From the human T2T-CHM13v2.0 reference genome, Homo sapiens: a stretch of DNA of 64,000 nt. The stretch lies in NCBI RefSeq assembly GCF_009914755.1, contig NC_060925.1, one strand, 5' to 3'. Shown here one piece after another: positions 1-11,419 of this stretch. The translations under genes were made by a program, and so were the position numbers. How positions within the stretch are numbered: position 1 is the stretch's first letter; every line of letters starts with the position of its first letter. The notes under the pieces were generated by a model. That model was not told the origin of the DNA. It saw nothing but the letters and a program-made list of their open reading frames with translations, and made no database searches.

Positions 1-625
1 CTTCTGCTTCTGTAAATTTGACTTTTTTAGATCCATATAAAAATGAGATCAGATAGTATTTGTCTTTTTTGTCTGATTTATTTTGCTTAGTATAATGCTG
101 TCAAGGTTCAAACATGTTGTTGCAAGTGGCAGGATTTCCATCTTTTTAAGGATAAATAATATTTCATTGTATATACATACTACATTTTTAAATGAATTCA
201 TCTGTCAGTGGACACTTCGTTGTTTCCATGGCTTGGCTATGTAAAGCTGTAACAAACATGGGAGAAAAGATATCTAAGATCTTGATTTTGTTTCCTTTAG
301 GTATATAACCAGACATGGGATTGTTTGGTCATTAGGTAGCTCACTTTTTTTGTTTGTTTTTGAGGGAGCTCCATACTGTTTTCCATGATTATTGTACCAA
401 CTTACATCCCCACCAACAGTTCACAAAAGGTCCCTTTTCTCTACATCCTCACAAACACTTAATCTCTTCTCTTTTTGATAATAGCCATCCTAATAGGTGT
501 CATGTAGTATCCCATTGTGGCTTTAATTTGTGTTTCTCTGATGATTACTGATGTTAAGCACCTTTTAATGTACCTATTGTCCATTTGTATGCCTTCCCTG
601 GAAAAATGTCTACTCAGGTCCTTTG
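1..625 (-). mobile_element. Old L1 (L1MA/L1MB-type) 3' UTR and ORF2 end; host of the HERV-H insertion
   Basis: Typical antisense L1 3'-end text (e.g. ccatcctaataggtg...ttaatttgtgtttctctgatgattactgatgtt); resumes after 5852. Confidence 0.85.
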
Positions 626-1024
626 TGTCAGGCCCCCGAGCCCATGCTAAGCCATCATATCCCCTGCGACCTGCAGGTATACATCCAGGTGGCCTGAAGT
701 AATTGAAGAATCACAAAAGAAGTGAAAATGGCCTGTTCCTGCCTTAACTGATGACATTACCTTGTGAAATTCCTTCTCCTGGCTCATCCTGGCTCAAAAG
801 CTCCCCCACTGAGCACCTTGTGTCCCCTGCCCCTGCCAGCCAGAGAACAACCCCCTTTGACTATAATTTTCCACTACCTACCCAAATCCTATAAAACGGC
901 CCCACCCCTATATCCCTTCACTGACTCTCTTTTCGGACTCAGCCCACCTGCACCCAGGTGATTAAAAAGCTTTATTGCTCACACAAAGCCTGTTGGTGGT
1001 CTCTTCACACAGACATGTGTGAAA
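626..1024 (+). promoter_or_regulatory. 5' LTR (LTR7 family), short form with a single U3 repeat unit
   Basis: Starts TGTCAGGC, ends GTGAAA; TATAAAA at 890-896, CCCCACCC box at ~900-907, ATTAAA polyA signal at 961. Confidence 0.93.
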
Positions 1025-1026
1025 TT

Positions 1027-1044
1027 TGGTGCCGTGACTCAGAT
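1027..1044 (+). other. Primer binding site, tRNA-His
   Basis: TGGTGCCGTGACTCAGAT; one mismatch to the complement of the tRNA-His 3' end (TGGTGCCGTGACTCGGAT). Confidence 0.93.
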
Positions 1045-1167
1045 CGGGGGACCTCCCTTGAGAGATCAATCCCCTGTCCTCCTGCTCTTTGCTCTGTGAG
1101 AAAGATCCACCTACAACCTCTGGTCCTCAGACCAATCAGCCCAAGAAACATCTCACCAATTTTAAAT

Positions 1168-1176
1168 TGGGTAAGC
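1168..1176 (+). promoter_or_regulatory. HERV-H leader splice donor
   Basis: TGG|GTAAGC about 150 nt after the 5' LTR, where the HERV-H major donor lies. Confidence 0.75.
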
Positions 1177-1699
1177 GGCCGCTTTTTACTGTCTTCTCCA
1201 AGCTCTCACTATCCCTCAACCTCTTTCTCCTTTCAACCTTGGCGCCACACTTCAATCTCTCCCTTCTCTTAATTTCAGTTCCTTTCCTTTTCTGGTAGAG
1301 ACAAAGGAGACACATTTTATCCGTGGACTCAAAACTCTGGTGCTGGTCACGGACTCATGAAGACAGTCTTCCCTTGGTGTTTAATTATTGCGGGGACGCC
1401 TGCTTTGGCTGCTCACCCATATTGCAGCGCAGGGCTGCTCACCCAACCCCTTCTCTCTGTGTCTCTACCCCTTTTCCACTTTCCCGGGGGGCAAGCACCT
1501 CCCACCCCTTCTCCACTTTCCTGGGGGGCAAGCACCCCTCACCCCTTCTCTCCATATCTCTACCCTCTCTTTTCTCTGGACTGGCCTCCTTCTCTACAGG
1601 CAACCTTCCACCTTCTTCTCCCTTAGCCTGTGTTCTCAAGAACTGAAAACCTCTTCAACTCACACTTGACCTAAAACCTAAATGCCTTATTTTCTTCTG

Positions 1700-2780
1700 C
1701 AATGCTGCTTAACCCCAATACAAACTCGACAATGGTTCCAAATAGCCAGAAAACAGCACTTTCGATTTTTCCATCCTACAAGATCTAGATAATTCTTGTC
1801 ATAAAATGGGCAAATGGTCTGAGGTGCCTGATGTCCAGGCATTCTTTTACACATCAGTCCCTCCCTAGTCTCTGTTCCCAATGCAACTCATCCCAAATCT
1901 TCCTTCTTTCCCTCCCACCTGTCCCCTCAGTCCCAACCCCAAGTGTTGCTGAGTCTTTCCAATCTTCCTTTTTTACAGACCCATCTGACCTCTCCCCTCC
2001 TCCCCAGGCTGCTCCTCACCAGGCCAAGCCAGGTCCCAATTCTTCCTCAGCCTCCGCTCCCCCACCCTATAATCCTTTTATCACCTCCCCTCCTCACACC
2101 CAGTCTGGCTTACAGTTTTTTCTGTGACTACCCTCCCCCACCTGCCCAGCAATTTCCTCTTAAAAACGTGGCTGGAGCTAAAGGCATAGTCAAGGTTAAT
2201 GCTCCTTTTTCTTTATCCGACCTCTCTCAAATCAGTTAGTGTTTAGGCTCTTTTTCATCAAATATAAAAACTCAACCCAGCTCATGGCTCATTTGGCAGC
2301 AACCCTGAGATGCTTTACAGCCCTAGACCCTAAAAGATCAAAAGGCCCTCTTATTCTCAATATACGTTTTATTACCCAATCCACTCCTGACATTAAATAA
2401 AACTCCAAAAATTAAATTCTGGCCCTCAAACCCTGCAACAGGACTTAATTAACCTCGCCTTCAAGGTGTACAGTAATAGAGAAGAGTTGCAATTACTTGC
2501 CTCCACTGTGAGAGAAACCCCAGCCACATCTCCAGCACACAAGAATTTCAAAACGCCTACGCCACAGTGATCAGGTGTTCCTTCAGGACTTCCTCCCCCA
2601 GGATCTTGCTTCAAGTGCTGGAAATCTGGCCACTGGGCCAAGGCATGCCTGCAGCCTGGGATTCCTTCTAAGCCTTGTCCCATCTGTGCGGGACCCCACT
2701 GGAAATCGGACTGTTCAAGTCACCTGGCAGCCTCTCCCAGAGCCCCTGGAACTCTCGCCCAAGGCTCTCTGACTGACTCC
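1700..2780 (+). pseudogene. gag: HERV-H gag remnant
   Basis: PPPY late-domain-like motif in ORF 1831-2127; zinc knuckles CFKCWKSGHWAKAC (2607-2648) and CPICAGPHWKSDC (~2676-2714); many stops and frameshifts. Start approximate. Confidence 0.8.
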
Positions 2781-2859
2781 TTCCCAGATCTTCTTGGCTT
2801 AGAGGCTGAAGACTGACACTGCCCAATCACCTCGGAGGCTTCCTAGACCATCACAGATG

Positions 2860-5000
2860 CTTTGGGTAACTCTTACAGTGGAGGGTAAGTTCAACCTCTT
2901 CTTAATACAGAGGCTACCCACTCCACATTACCTTCTTTTCAAGGGCCTGTTTCCCTTGCCTCCATAACTGTTGTGGGTATTGACGGCCAGGCTTCTAAAC
3001 CTCTTAAAACTCCCCAACTCTGGTGCCAACTTGGACAACATTCTTTTATGCACTCCTTTTTAGTTATCCCCACCTGCCCAGTTCCCTTATTAAGCCAAGA
3101 CATTTTAACTAAATTATCTGCTTACCTGACTATTCCTAGGCTGCAGCCACACCTCATTGCCACCCTTTTCCCCAGTTCAAAGCCTTCTTCACATCCTCCC
3201 CTTGTATCTCTCCACCTTAATCCACAAGTATAGGACACCTCTACTCCCTCCTTGGCAATGGATGATGCACCCCTTACCATCCCATTAAAACCTAATCACC
3301 CTTACCCCACTCAACGCCAATATCCCATCCCACAGCACACTTTAAAAGGATTAAAGCCTGTTATACCTTGCCTGTTACAGCATGGCCTTTTAAAGCATAT
3401 AAACTCTCCTTACAATTCCCCTATTTTACCTGTCCAAAAACCAGACAAGCCTTACAGGTTAGTTCAGGACCTGCACCTTATCAATCAAATTGTCTTGCCT
3501 ATCTACCCCATGGTGCCAAACCCATATACTCTCCTATCCTCAATACCTCCCTCCGCAACCCATTATTCTGTTCTAGGAAACCTAGCTGACCCCATAGATC
3601 CTAAATCCTTTCCCCACTCCTCTTTCTGTTCCTTGAAGACCGCTTTAGAGACTGCTCCCACACTAGCTCTCCCTGACTCATCCCAACCCTTTTTTCATTA
3701 CACACAACCAAAGTGCAGGGTTGTGTGGTTGAAATTCTTACACAAGAGCTGAGACCACGCCCAGCAGCCTTTTTATCCAAACAAGTTGACCTTACTGTTT
3801 TAGCCTAGCCCTCATGTCTGTGTGTGGCAGCTGCTGCTGCCTTAATACTTTTAGAAGCCCTCAGAATCACAAACTATGCTCATCTCACTCTCTACAGTTC
3901 TCATAACTTCCAAAATCTATTTTCTTCATCGCACCTGATGCATATACTTTCTGCCCCCCTCCACTACCTCTCAGCAAGCCGAACTCATTGCCTTAACTCG
4001 AGCCGTCAGTCCTGCAAAAGGACTACATGTCAATATTTATACTGACTCTAAATATGCCTTCCATATCCTGCACCACCATGCTGTTACATGGGCAAAAACA
4101 GGTTTCCTCACTATGCAATTGTCCTCCATCATTAATTCCTCTTTAATAAAAACTCTTCTCAAAGCCGCTTTACTTCCAAAGGAAGCTGGAGTCATTCACT
4201 GCAAGGGCCATCAAAAGGTGTCAGATCCCATTGCTCAGGGCAACACTTATGCTGATAAGGTAGCTGAAAAAGCAGCTAGGGTTCCAACTTCCGTCCCTCA
4301 CTACGAGTTTTTCTCCTTCTCCTTGGTCACTCCCACCTACTCCCCCACTGAAACTGCCGCCTATCAATCTCTTCCCACACAAGGCAAATGGTTCTTAGAC
4401 CAAGGAAAATATCTCCTTCCAGCCTCACAGGCCCATTCTATTCTGTCATCATTTCATATCCTCTTCCATGTAGGTTACAAGCCACTAGCCCGCCTCTTAG
4501 AATCTCTCATTTCCTTTCCATTGTGGAAATCTATCCTTAGGGAAATCACTTCTCAGTGTTCCATCTGCTATTCTACTACTCCTCAGGGATTGTTCAGGTC
4601 CCCTCACCTTCCCTACACATCAAGCTTGGGGATTTGCCCCTGCCCAGGACAGGTAAATTGACTTTACTCACATGCCTCGAGTCAGGACACTAAAATACCT
4701 CTTGGTCTGGGTAGACACTTTCACTGGATGGGTAGAGGCCTTTCCTACAGGGTCTGAGAAGGCCATCACAGTCATTTCTTCCCTTTTGTCAGACATAATT
4801 CCTCGGTTTGGCCTTCCTACCTTTATACAGTCTGATAACGGACCGGCCTTTATTAGTCAAATCACCCAAGCAGTTTCTCAGGCTCTTGGTATTCAGTGGA
4901 ACCTTTGTACCCCTCACCATCCTCAATCTTCAGGAAAGGTAAAATGGACTAATGGTCTTTTAAAGACATACCTCACCAAGCTCAGCCTCCAACTTAAAAA
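2860..5000 (+). pseudogene. pol: HERV-H pro-pol remnant (protease, RT N-terminus, RNase H part, integrase)
   Basis: Protease motif degraded to NTEA (~2904-2915); RT start QYPIP...SPYNSPILPVQKP...YRLVQDL; RNase H IHCKGHQ...GNTYAD; integrase VDTFTGWVEAFP and SDNGPAF, with the catalytic E replaced (GKVKWTN). Confidence 0.9.
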
Positions 5001-5449
5001 AAAAAAAGGAGTCTGTCAAGAATAGAGCCCAAAAACTCACCAACCAAACAAGTAATTATGCTGAACCCCCTTGGATACTCTCTAATTGGATGTCCTGGGT
5101 CCTCCCAATTCTTAGTCCTTTAATACCAGTTTTTCTCCTTCTCTTATTCAGACCTTGTGTCTTCCGTTTAGTTTCTCAATTCATACAAAACCGCGTCCAG
5201 GCCATCACCAATCATTCTATATGACAAATGCTCCTTTTAACAACCCCACAATATCGCCCCTTACCACAAAATCTTCCTTCAGCTTAATCTCTCCCACTCT
5301 AGGTTCCCATACCACCCCTAATCCTGCTCAAAGCAGCCCTGAGAAACATCGCCCATTATCTCTTCATACCACCCCACCAAAATTTTCACTGCCTCAACAC
5401 TTCAACACTATTTTATGTTATTTTTCTTATTAATATAAGAAGACAGGAA

Positions 5450-5847
5450 TGTCAGGCCTCTGAGCCCAAGCTAAGCCATCATATCCCTTGTGACCTACAG
5501 GTATACATCCAGATGGCCTGAAGTAACTGATGAATCACAAAAGAAGTGAAAATGGCCTGTTCCTGCCTTAACTGATAATATTACCTTGTGAAATTCCTTC
5601 TCCTGGCTCATCCTGGCTCAAGCTCCCCCACTGAGCACTTTGTGTCCCCCGCCCCTGCCAGCCAGAGAACAACCCCCTTTGACTGTAATTTTCCGCTACC
5701 TACCCAAATCCTATAAAATGGCCCCACCCCTATCTCCCTTCACTGACTCTCTTTTCGAACTCAGCCCACCTGCACCCAGGTGATTAAAAAGCTTTATTGC
5801 TCACACAAAGCCTGTTTGGTGGTCTCTTCACATGGATGCGAGTGAAA
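5450..5847 (+). mobile_element. 3' LTR (LTR7 family)
   Basis: About 94% identical to 626-1024 by hand alignment; preceded by purine tract AAGAAGACAGGAA. Confidence 0.95.
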
Positions 5848-5869
5848 CTTTGCTTATTTTAAAATCTAG

Positions 5870-6497
5870 TTCTGAGTCCTCTCTGAGGCCCCACATGTTT
5901 GGGCACCAAATTATTGCCAATGAAAAGAGTTAAACTCTGTAAAATATTTAAAGAGATTCATTCTGAGCAAAATATGAGTGACCATGACCTATGACACAGA
6001 CCTCAGGAGGTCCTGAGAACATGTTCCTAAGGTGGTTGGGGTGCAGCTTGGTTTTATACATTTTAGGGAGACATGAGACTTTGATCAAATACATTTAAGA
6101 AATACATTGGGTCGGTGCAGAAAGACGGGACAACTCAAAGTTGGGGCTTCCAGGTTATAGGTAGATTTAAAATTTTCTAGTTGACAATTGGTTGAGTTTA
6201 TCTAAAGACCTGGGATCCATAGAAATGAAATGACTGGGTTGTGATAAAGGTTGTGGAAACCAAAGTTTTATCATGCAGATGAAGCCTCCAGGTAGCAGGC
6301 TTCAGAGAGAATAGGTTGTAAATGTAAGGTCTGTGCTGATGTTAAAATACCAGAGAAGTGTAATGAGGCATGTCCAACCCTTACTTCCTGTCATGGCCTA
6401 AACTGGTCTTTCAAGTTAAATTTTTAAGAGTGCCCTGGCTGGGGAGGAAGTCCATTTGGATGGTTGAAAGGGCTTATAATTTTATTTTTGGCTTGCA
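5870..6497 (-). mobile_element. MER4-family (ERV1) LTR (~5915-6497) plus a PBS-like stub
   Basis: Minus strand begins TGCAAGCCAAAAATAAAATTATAAGCCC (MER4B/D/E-like start); followed by TGGTGCCCAAACATGTGGGGC, resembling a tRNA-Lys PBS. Confidence 0.75.
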
Positions 6498-6499
6498 GC

Positions 6500-7240
6500 G
6501 TCATACCCCAAAATAACGTTGCTAAAACCAATGTTAATGAGCGTTATTTTTTTTCCTGGGAGTGTTAGGGTTTTAGTCTTACATTCATGGTCTTTAATAC
6601 ATTTCAAATTATTTTTTGTGAGTGGTATAAGATAAAGATCCACTTTAATTCTTTTAGTTGTGGTTATCTAGTTTCCTCAACACCATTTAGCAAAGAGACT
6701 ATCTTTTCCCCATCGTGTGTTCTTGTCACCCTTGTCAGATATTAGTGAATTTTATATGTGTGGATTTATTTCTGGGCTCTCTATTCTGTTCTATTGGCAA
6801 ATGTATCAGTTTTTATGCTAGTATTCTGCTGTTTTGATTACTACTATAGCTGTGTAATATAATTTAAAATTAGGTAATGTGATGCCTCTAGTTTTGTTCT
6901 TCTTTCTCAAGATTGCTTTGGCTATTTGGGGTCTTTGTGGTTTTATATGAATTTTATAATTTTGTTTTCTATCTATGAAAAATGCCATTAAAATTTTGAT
7001 AGTGTTTGCATTGAATCTGTAGACTGCTTTGTTTAGCATGAATATTTTAACAATATTAATTCTGATTCATGATCACAGATATGTTTTTATTTTTTTGTGT
7101 CTTCTTAATTTCTTTCATCAGTGTCTTATAGTTTTAAATGTACAGATCTTTTACCTCATTGGTTAAATTTATTCCTAAGTATTTAATTGTTCTTGATGCT
7201 ATTGCAAATGGGATTGTTTTCTTCATTTATTTTACAGGTT
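6500..7240 (-). mobile_element. Continuation of old L1 (ORF2 remnant)
   Basis: ORF 6818-7039 (AVYRFNA...IAKAILRKKNK...GITLPNFKLYY) is L1 ORF2p. Confidence 0.9.
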
Positions 7241-7417
7241 GTATTAAGTCCATTTAAAATATTTGCTTATAGTCATTCATGAAGCTTTGAAAAATAAACA
7301 AGGATGATATGATGGTTAATTTTATATGTCAACTCTACTGAGCCATGGGATCCCCAGAGAGTTAGTTAAATATCAATAGAAATTTTGGTACTATAAGGGG
7401 TTCTAGAGGAAAAGAGT

Positions 7418-7581
7418 TTTTATTTTATTTTATTTTATTTTTTAATTGACATGTAATAGTTGTACATATTTATGAGATACATAGTGATGTTTCAATAATG
7501 CATAACAATCAGATCAGGGAAATTAGTATATTTGTCATCTCAAATATTTATCATTTACTTGTGTTGGTAACATTCAATATC
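7418..7581 (-). mobile_element. Short L1MA 3' end inserted in ERV-L
   Basis: (TTTTA)n tail then ttaattgacatgtaatagttgtacatatttatg; degenerate TSD agaggaaaagagtttt / agagaaattgaatttt. Confidence 0.75.
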
Positions 7582-7790
7582 AGAGAAATTGAATTTTAAG
7601 GATGAGTTTTCTGAACTGGTTTTAGGATTTTTGGAATTGGCTTTATAATCTGAATGATTCAGTTTCCAGTAGTAAAGAGAGCATTGATAGTCCATGGTGT
7701 GATTTAGAAAGAGAGATATGAAAAGTACCTCCATTCGATACTGTTAATGACTGATAAAAAGCAAGTAGCTGTGTGGTTGTGTTTATGATC

Positions 7791-8505
7791 CAATAGTTCC
7801 CCTTGATTCATGGGGGATATGTTCCAAGACGCCCTAGTAGATGCCTGAAATTAAGTATAGTGCTGAACCCAATTGCCATCAGTCAGAACATGTTTCTAAT
7901 TTTGTCTCCCATCCACAAATTTAATGTTATTTCCATCTTAACCAAGCCCTTATCATGCACTATGGCTGTAACTTTGCAATTTGAGGTTCAAAAGCAAAAC
8001 TATCACAAATTTCTTTTTTCTATTTCCCAATTTCATGGATAGAAGATTCATTCTTAGTGTATATCTTAGCAACCTCAGCATATATTTATTTTCTTTCTTT
8101 ATCAATTCAATAAATTTTACATTGTCACTTAATGGAAGCACTTTACAGCTTCTATTTGGCATCTCCAAATTGCCAACATCACTACTGTTCTACTTTGGAG
8201 CCATTATTAAGTAAAATAAGAGTTACTTGGTGATACCATGACAGCCAATCTAATACCATGGATGGCTACTCAGTGACTAATGGGCATGTAGTATATACAG
8301 TATAGATACTCTGGACAAACAGATCATTTCTGTCCTCTGTGAGACAGAGCAGAATGGCATGATATTTCATCATGGTATTAAGAATGGTATGCAATTGAAG
8401 ACCTATAAATGATTTATTTCTGAATTTTTAATATTTTTGGGTGACAGCTGACCCTGGGTAACTGAAACTGTGGAAAATGAAGCCACAGAAAAGTGGGGAC
8501 TACTG
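7791..8505 (-). mobile_element. MER44/Tigger7-family DNA transposon inserted in ERV-L
   Basis: Terminal inverted repeats caatagttcccc / ggggactactg followed by TA; internal text matches recalled MER44. Confidence 0.8.
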
Positions 8506-10842
8506 TACTTTCAAACAATTTTTAAAAAACTAATGAATGTAATGAGGTTAGTTGGTTGCTCCTAATGCCACTGGACAAACTGGATGAACAACAGCAACAA
8601 AAAATGGATGAGCTCAGGGATTTGAATTCCCAGCTGAAGCACCACATGAATGACCAGAACACTTCTATGTTTGTCCTGAAAGAGATTTTCATCTCTTATA
8701 GCTTCAAAGTTGAAATTGCTGAAAATCAAACACACAATATCATCTCGTGACTGGATGAATTATGACAACTTGACCTCCCAGCCTTTCAAGGTGCCTACTG
8801 TTATAGTGAGAAGATTGATGAGGAAAGAGTGGAATCCTGTAAGTTAGAAAAAGGATATATGGGAAGACTCTCATGAAGCCGGAAATATTGAGCCCTTAAA
8901 TTCTGATGAGCCTTCTTTGCCAATAGAAGAGGTATCCCCTCCTGCAGTGGAGTCAGCCTCCCCAATTCCAGTGGTATCAGCCCTTACAACACAGTGGTAG
9001 TGGCCTGTCTATCCATGTCTGAGGAGATTAACTCCACATTGCCTGAAGGAACTGTAGTGGCGTCCCCTGAGGCAGTTGTCATGCAAGACAATGTTGATTC
9101 TCTGTAGAACGCACTCTCACAACATGGCTTTTGTCCTATATCTGTAATTGGACTCACATTTAAGCAGACCCCTAAAGGTGAGGTACAAAGTGTTACTAAT
9201 GAGGAAATGTGCTATCCTTCAAAAGAACTATAGAGTTTTTAAATTTATACAGACAGAAATCAAGGAAACTTGTGTGGGAATGGAGTCTAAGGGTATTGGA
9301 TAATAGAATGAATGTAAAGTTGGATCAGGTCGAAGTTACTGACATAGGCCCACTAAGCAGAGATTCTGAATTTAATATTGCAGCTTGGAGAGATAAAAAG
9401 GGCTATAGCAGTTTGGGTGGTTGGCTGAAATGTGGACCAAAAGATGGCCCATAGAAAGCAAATTGGAATTATCCAACCTGCCTTGGTTTAATGCAGTGGA
9501 AGGGATTTAAAAGCTTAGGGAGATTAGAATGTTGGTGTGGATTTTTAAATTTAATACCTACTCGCCCACTAATAGTTTAATGTTAAACTATTAACATCAC
9601 AGTTTAATACCAACACTGTGAGAAATAAATTTGTCTGGGGAGCCCCAGTATTCTTGAAGAGCTCTGTAATTGGTCTTCTCTGGAGGCCACACCCTACAGG
9701 GAGAACTGCAGTCACTGAATTGGGAAACCTAAATGTAGTGGGAGCATTTGGATCCCACTGTGACAGGGGCCAAGTAGCAGTTGAGTACCAAAGACAAGGC
9801 AGGCATCGTTACTATAATGGCCCAGTAGAGTCAACACAATAGTCAGATAGTCTTATGCAGAGCTATGGCATTAGCTGGTTGATTTTGGTATTGCTAGAAG
9901 TGAAATGGATAGGAAACCTACTACATTCTTACCTGAAATGTATAAGCAGAAATGTTCTAGGTCAAGTGAAGAAAAGTCTAACCTGAATCATAAAAACAGA
10001 GAGTCATGGTCCTTTAGTCAATTCTCAGACTTGAGAACTCTTTGCATCAAGGGATTATTGAGATTTTGGTCATATGCAAGATAGTTACATCATGTTAGGT
10101 GGAATTATGACCTTTTCAGTGTCTTTATTTGGAGATTAACTATGGTTCAAGGATATGTGTATGAGTACCAAGTGAACAAGAAGTGAAATTGGGATGGTTA
10201 ATTTTATATGTCAACTTCATTGGGCTGTGGAATGGCCAGATAGCTGGTTTCATTGGAATTATTTTCAATAATTCTGGATGTGTCTGTAAGGGTATTTCTG
10301 GAAGAGCCTAGCATTTGTATTGGTGGATTAAGTAAAGCAGATGGCCTTCTCTAGTGTGGGTGGGTATTGTCAAATCTGTTAAGGGCCTGAATAAGACAAA
10401 AAGGCAGAGAAAGTCTGAATTAACTCTGTCTGACTTCTTGAGCTGGAACTTTGGTCTCCTGTCTGCTGTGCTTCTGGTTCTCAATGCTTCAAATCCATAC
10501 TGGAATCTACACCATCAGCCCTCTGGTTCTCAGGCCCTTGGACTATGCCATCAGCTTTCCTAACTATCTAGCTTGCAGATAGCAAGCAAATTGTGGGACT
10601 TCTCAGGCTCCATAATTGCATGAGCCCAATAATTTATAGTAAGCCTCTTCATAAATATCTCCTACTAGATCCTATCTATTCTATTATTCTAGTGAACCTT
10701 GACTAATCCTAGAACGATTGATGTTTTTACCCCTAGGATCTACTATACCAGCAAGAAAGTCTTCCTAACTCTGTTAGTAAGCTTCTGACTTAAATTATGG
10801 CCTTCCTGATATTTCCATTTTTATTATTTTTCACATATTCTT

Positions 10843-10901
10843 GTCCATTCACTAATTCTTGATATAAGAATTAGTCCATTCACTAATTCTTGATCTAAGA
10901 A
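10843..10901. repeat. 31-bp tandem duplication with internal hairpin
   Basis: gtccattcactaattcttgat[a/c]taagaa twice; actaattctt-gatat-aagaattagt inverted repeat at 10851-10875. Confidence 0.9.
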
Positions 10902-11139
10902 AAAAACGAAGGAATTCTGGATTCTAGTCCTGACTCTGTCACCTATGAGCTTCTTAATTCATAAAGTGGAGGTAGATAAAATAAGATTATAAATGTAAAA
11001 GAAAAACTTTATATGCTATAAAAATATATTAGTTGTCAGAAGTGAGCATATAATAGACTCAGATATGGGCATCTGATGGGCTCAAGGCAGACAAGCATCA
11101 GAATATGAATGTCGGGGACTGAGGCAGCATAGTGAAATG

Positions 11140-11375
11140 AAAAGAATAAGGGCTGTGGATGCGCCCATTTTCAGACCCAGCTCTGTCACTTATTACTACT
11201 TTGGATATAATAAGTTACACTTATTAAGTGTAACTCTGTGGTTTGGGAAAAATTATGCAAATATTTTGAGCCTCTTTCTGACTGGTGGAAGAAGGATAAT
11301 AACATCTACTTTACACACAGTCGAAAAGTTTACACAAAATAGTGTATTCAGAGTGTTCAGCATGTTGAATAATGT
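11140..11375 (+). mobile_element. MIR relic
   Basis: cccagctctgtcacttatt...gagcctc...ggataataacatctact resembles the MIR core. Confidence 0.5.
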
Positions 11376-11419
11376 AAACTAAAAAGAAGATTCAGAAATC
11401 CAGAGAAACTTTGCCTACA

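Larger units (their letters stand above)
626..5847 (+). mobile_element. HERV-H provirus, two LTRs, internally deleted (pol-deleted, env-less)
   Basis: ~400-bp direct repeats at 626-1024 and 5450-5847; exact TSD CTTTG at 621-625 and 5848-5852; His PBS; gag/pro/pol remnants; polypurine tract before the 3' LTR. Confidence 0.97.
7310..10709 (+). mobile_element. ERV-L element: partial 5' MLT2 LTR, gag region, pol deleted, 3' MLT2 LTR (~10190-10709)
   Basis: GATGGTTAATTTTATATGTCAACT occurs at ~7312 and ~10193 (MLT2 start); HERV-L gag-like peptides in ORFs 8556-8750, 9209-9454 and 9618-9842; LTR ends GAACCTTGACTAATCC. Confidence 0.85.

Noticed and set aside
1480-1560. Repeated ggggcaagcacc...ccccttctc units
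   Set aside because: Normal HERV-H leader repeats, not a CRISPR-like array.
4990-5449. HERV-H env gene
   Set aside because: Only a short 3' remnant is fused to the truncated integrase; no env ORF.
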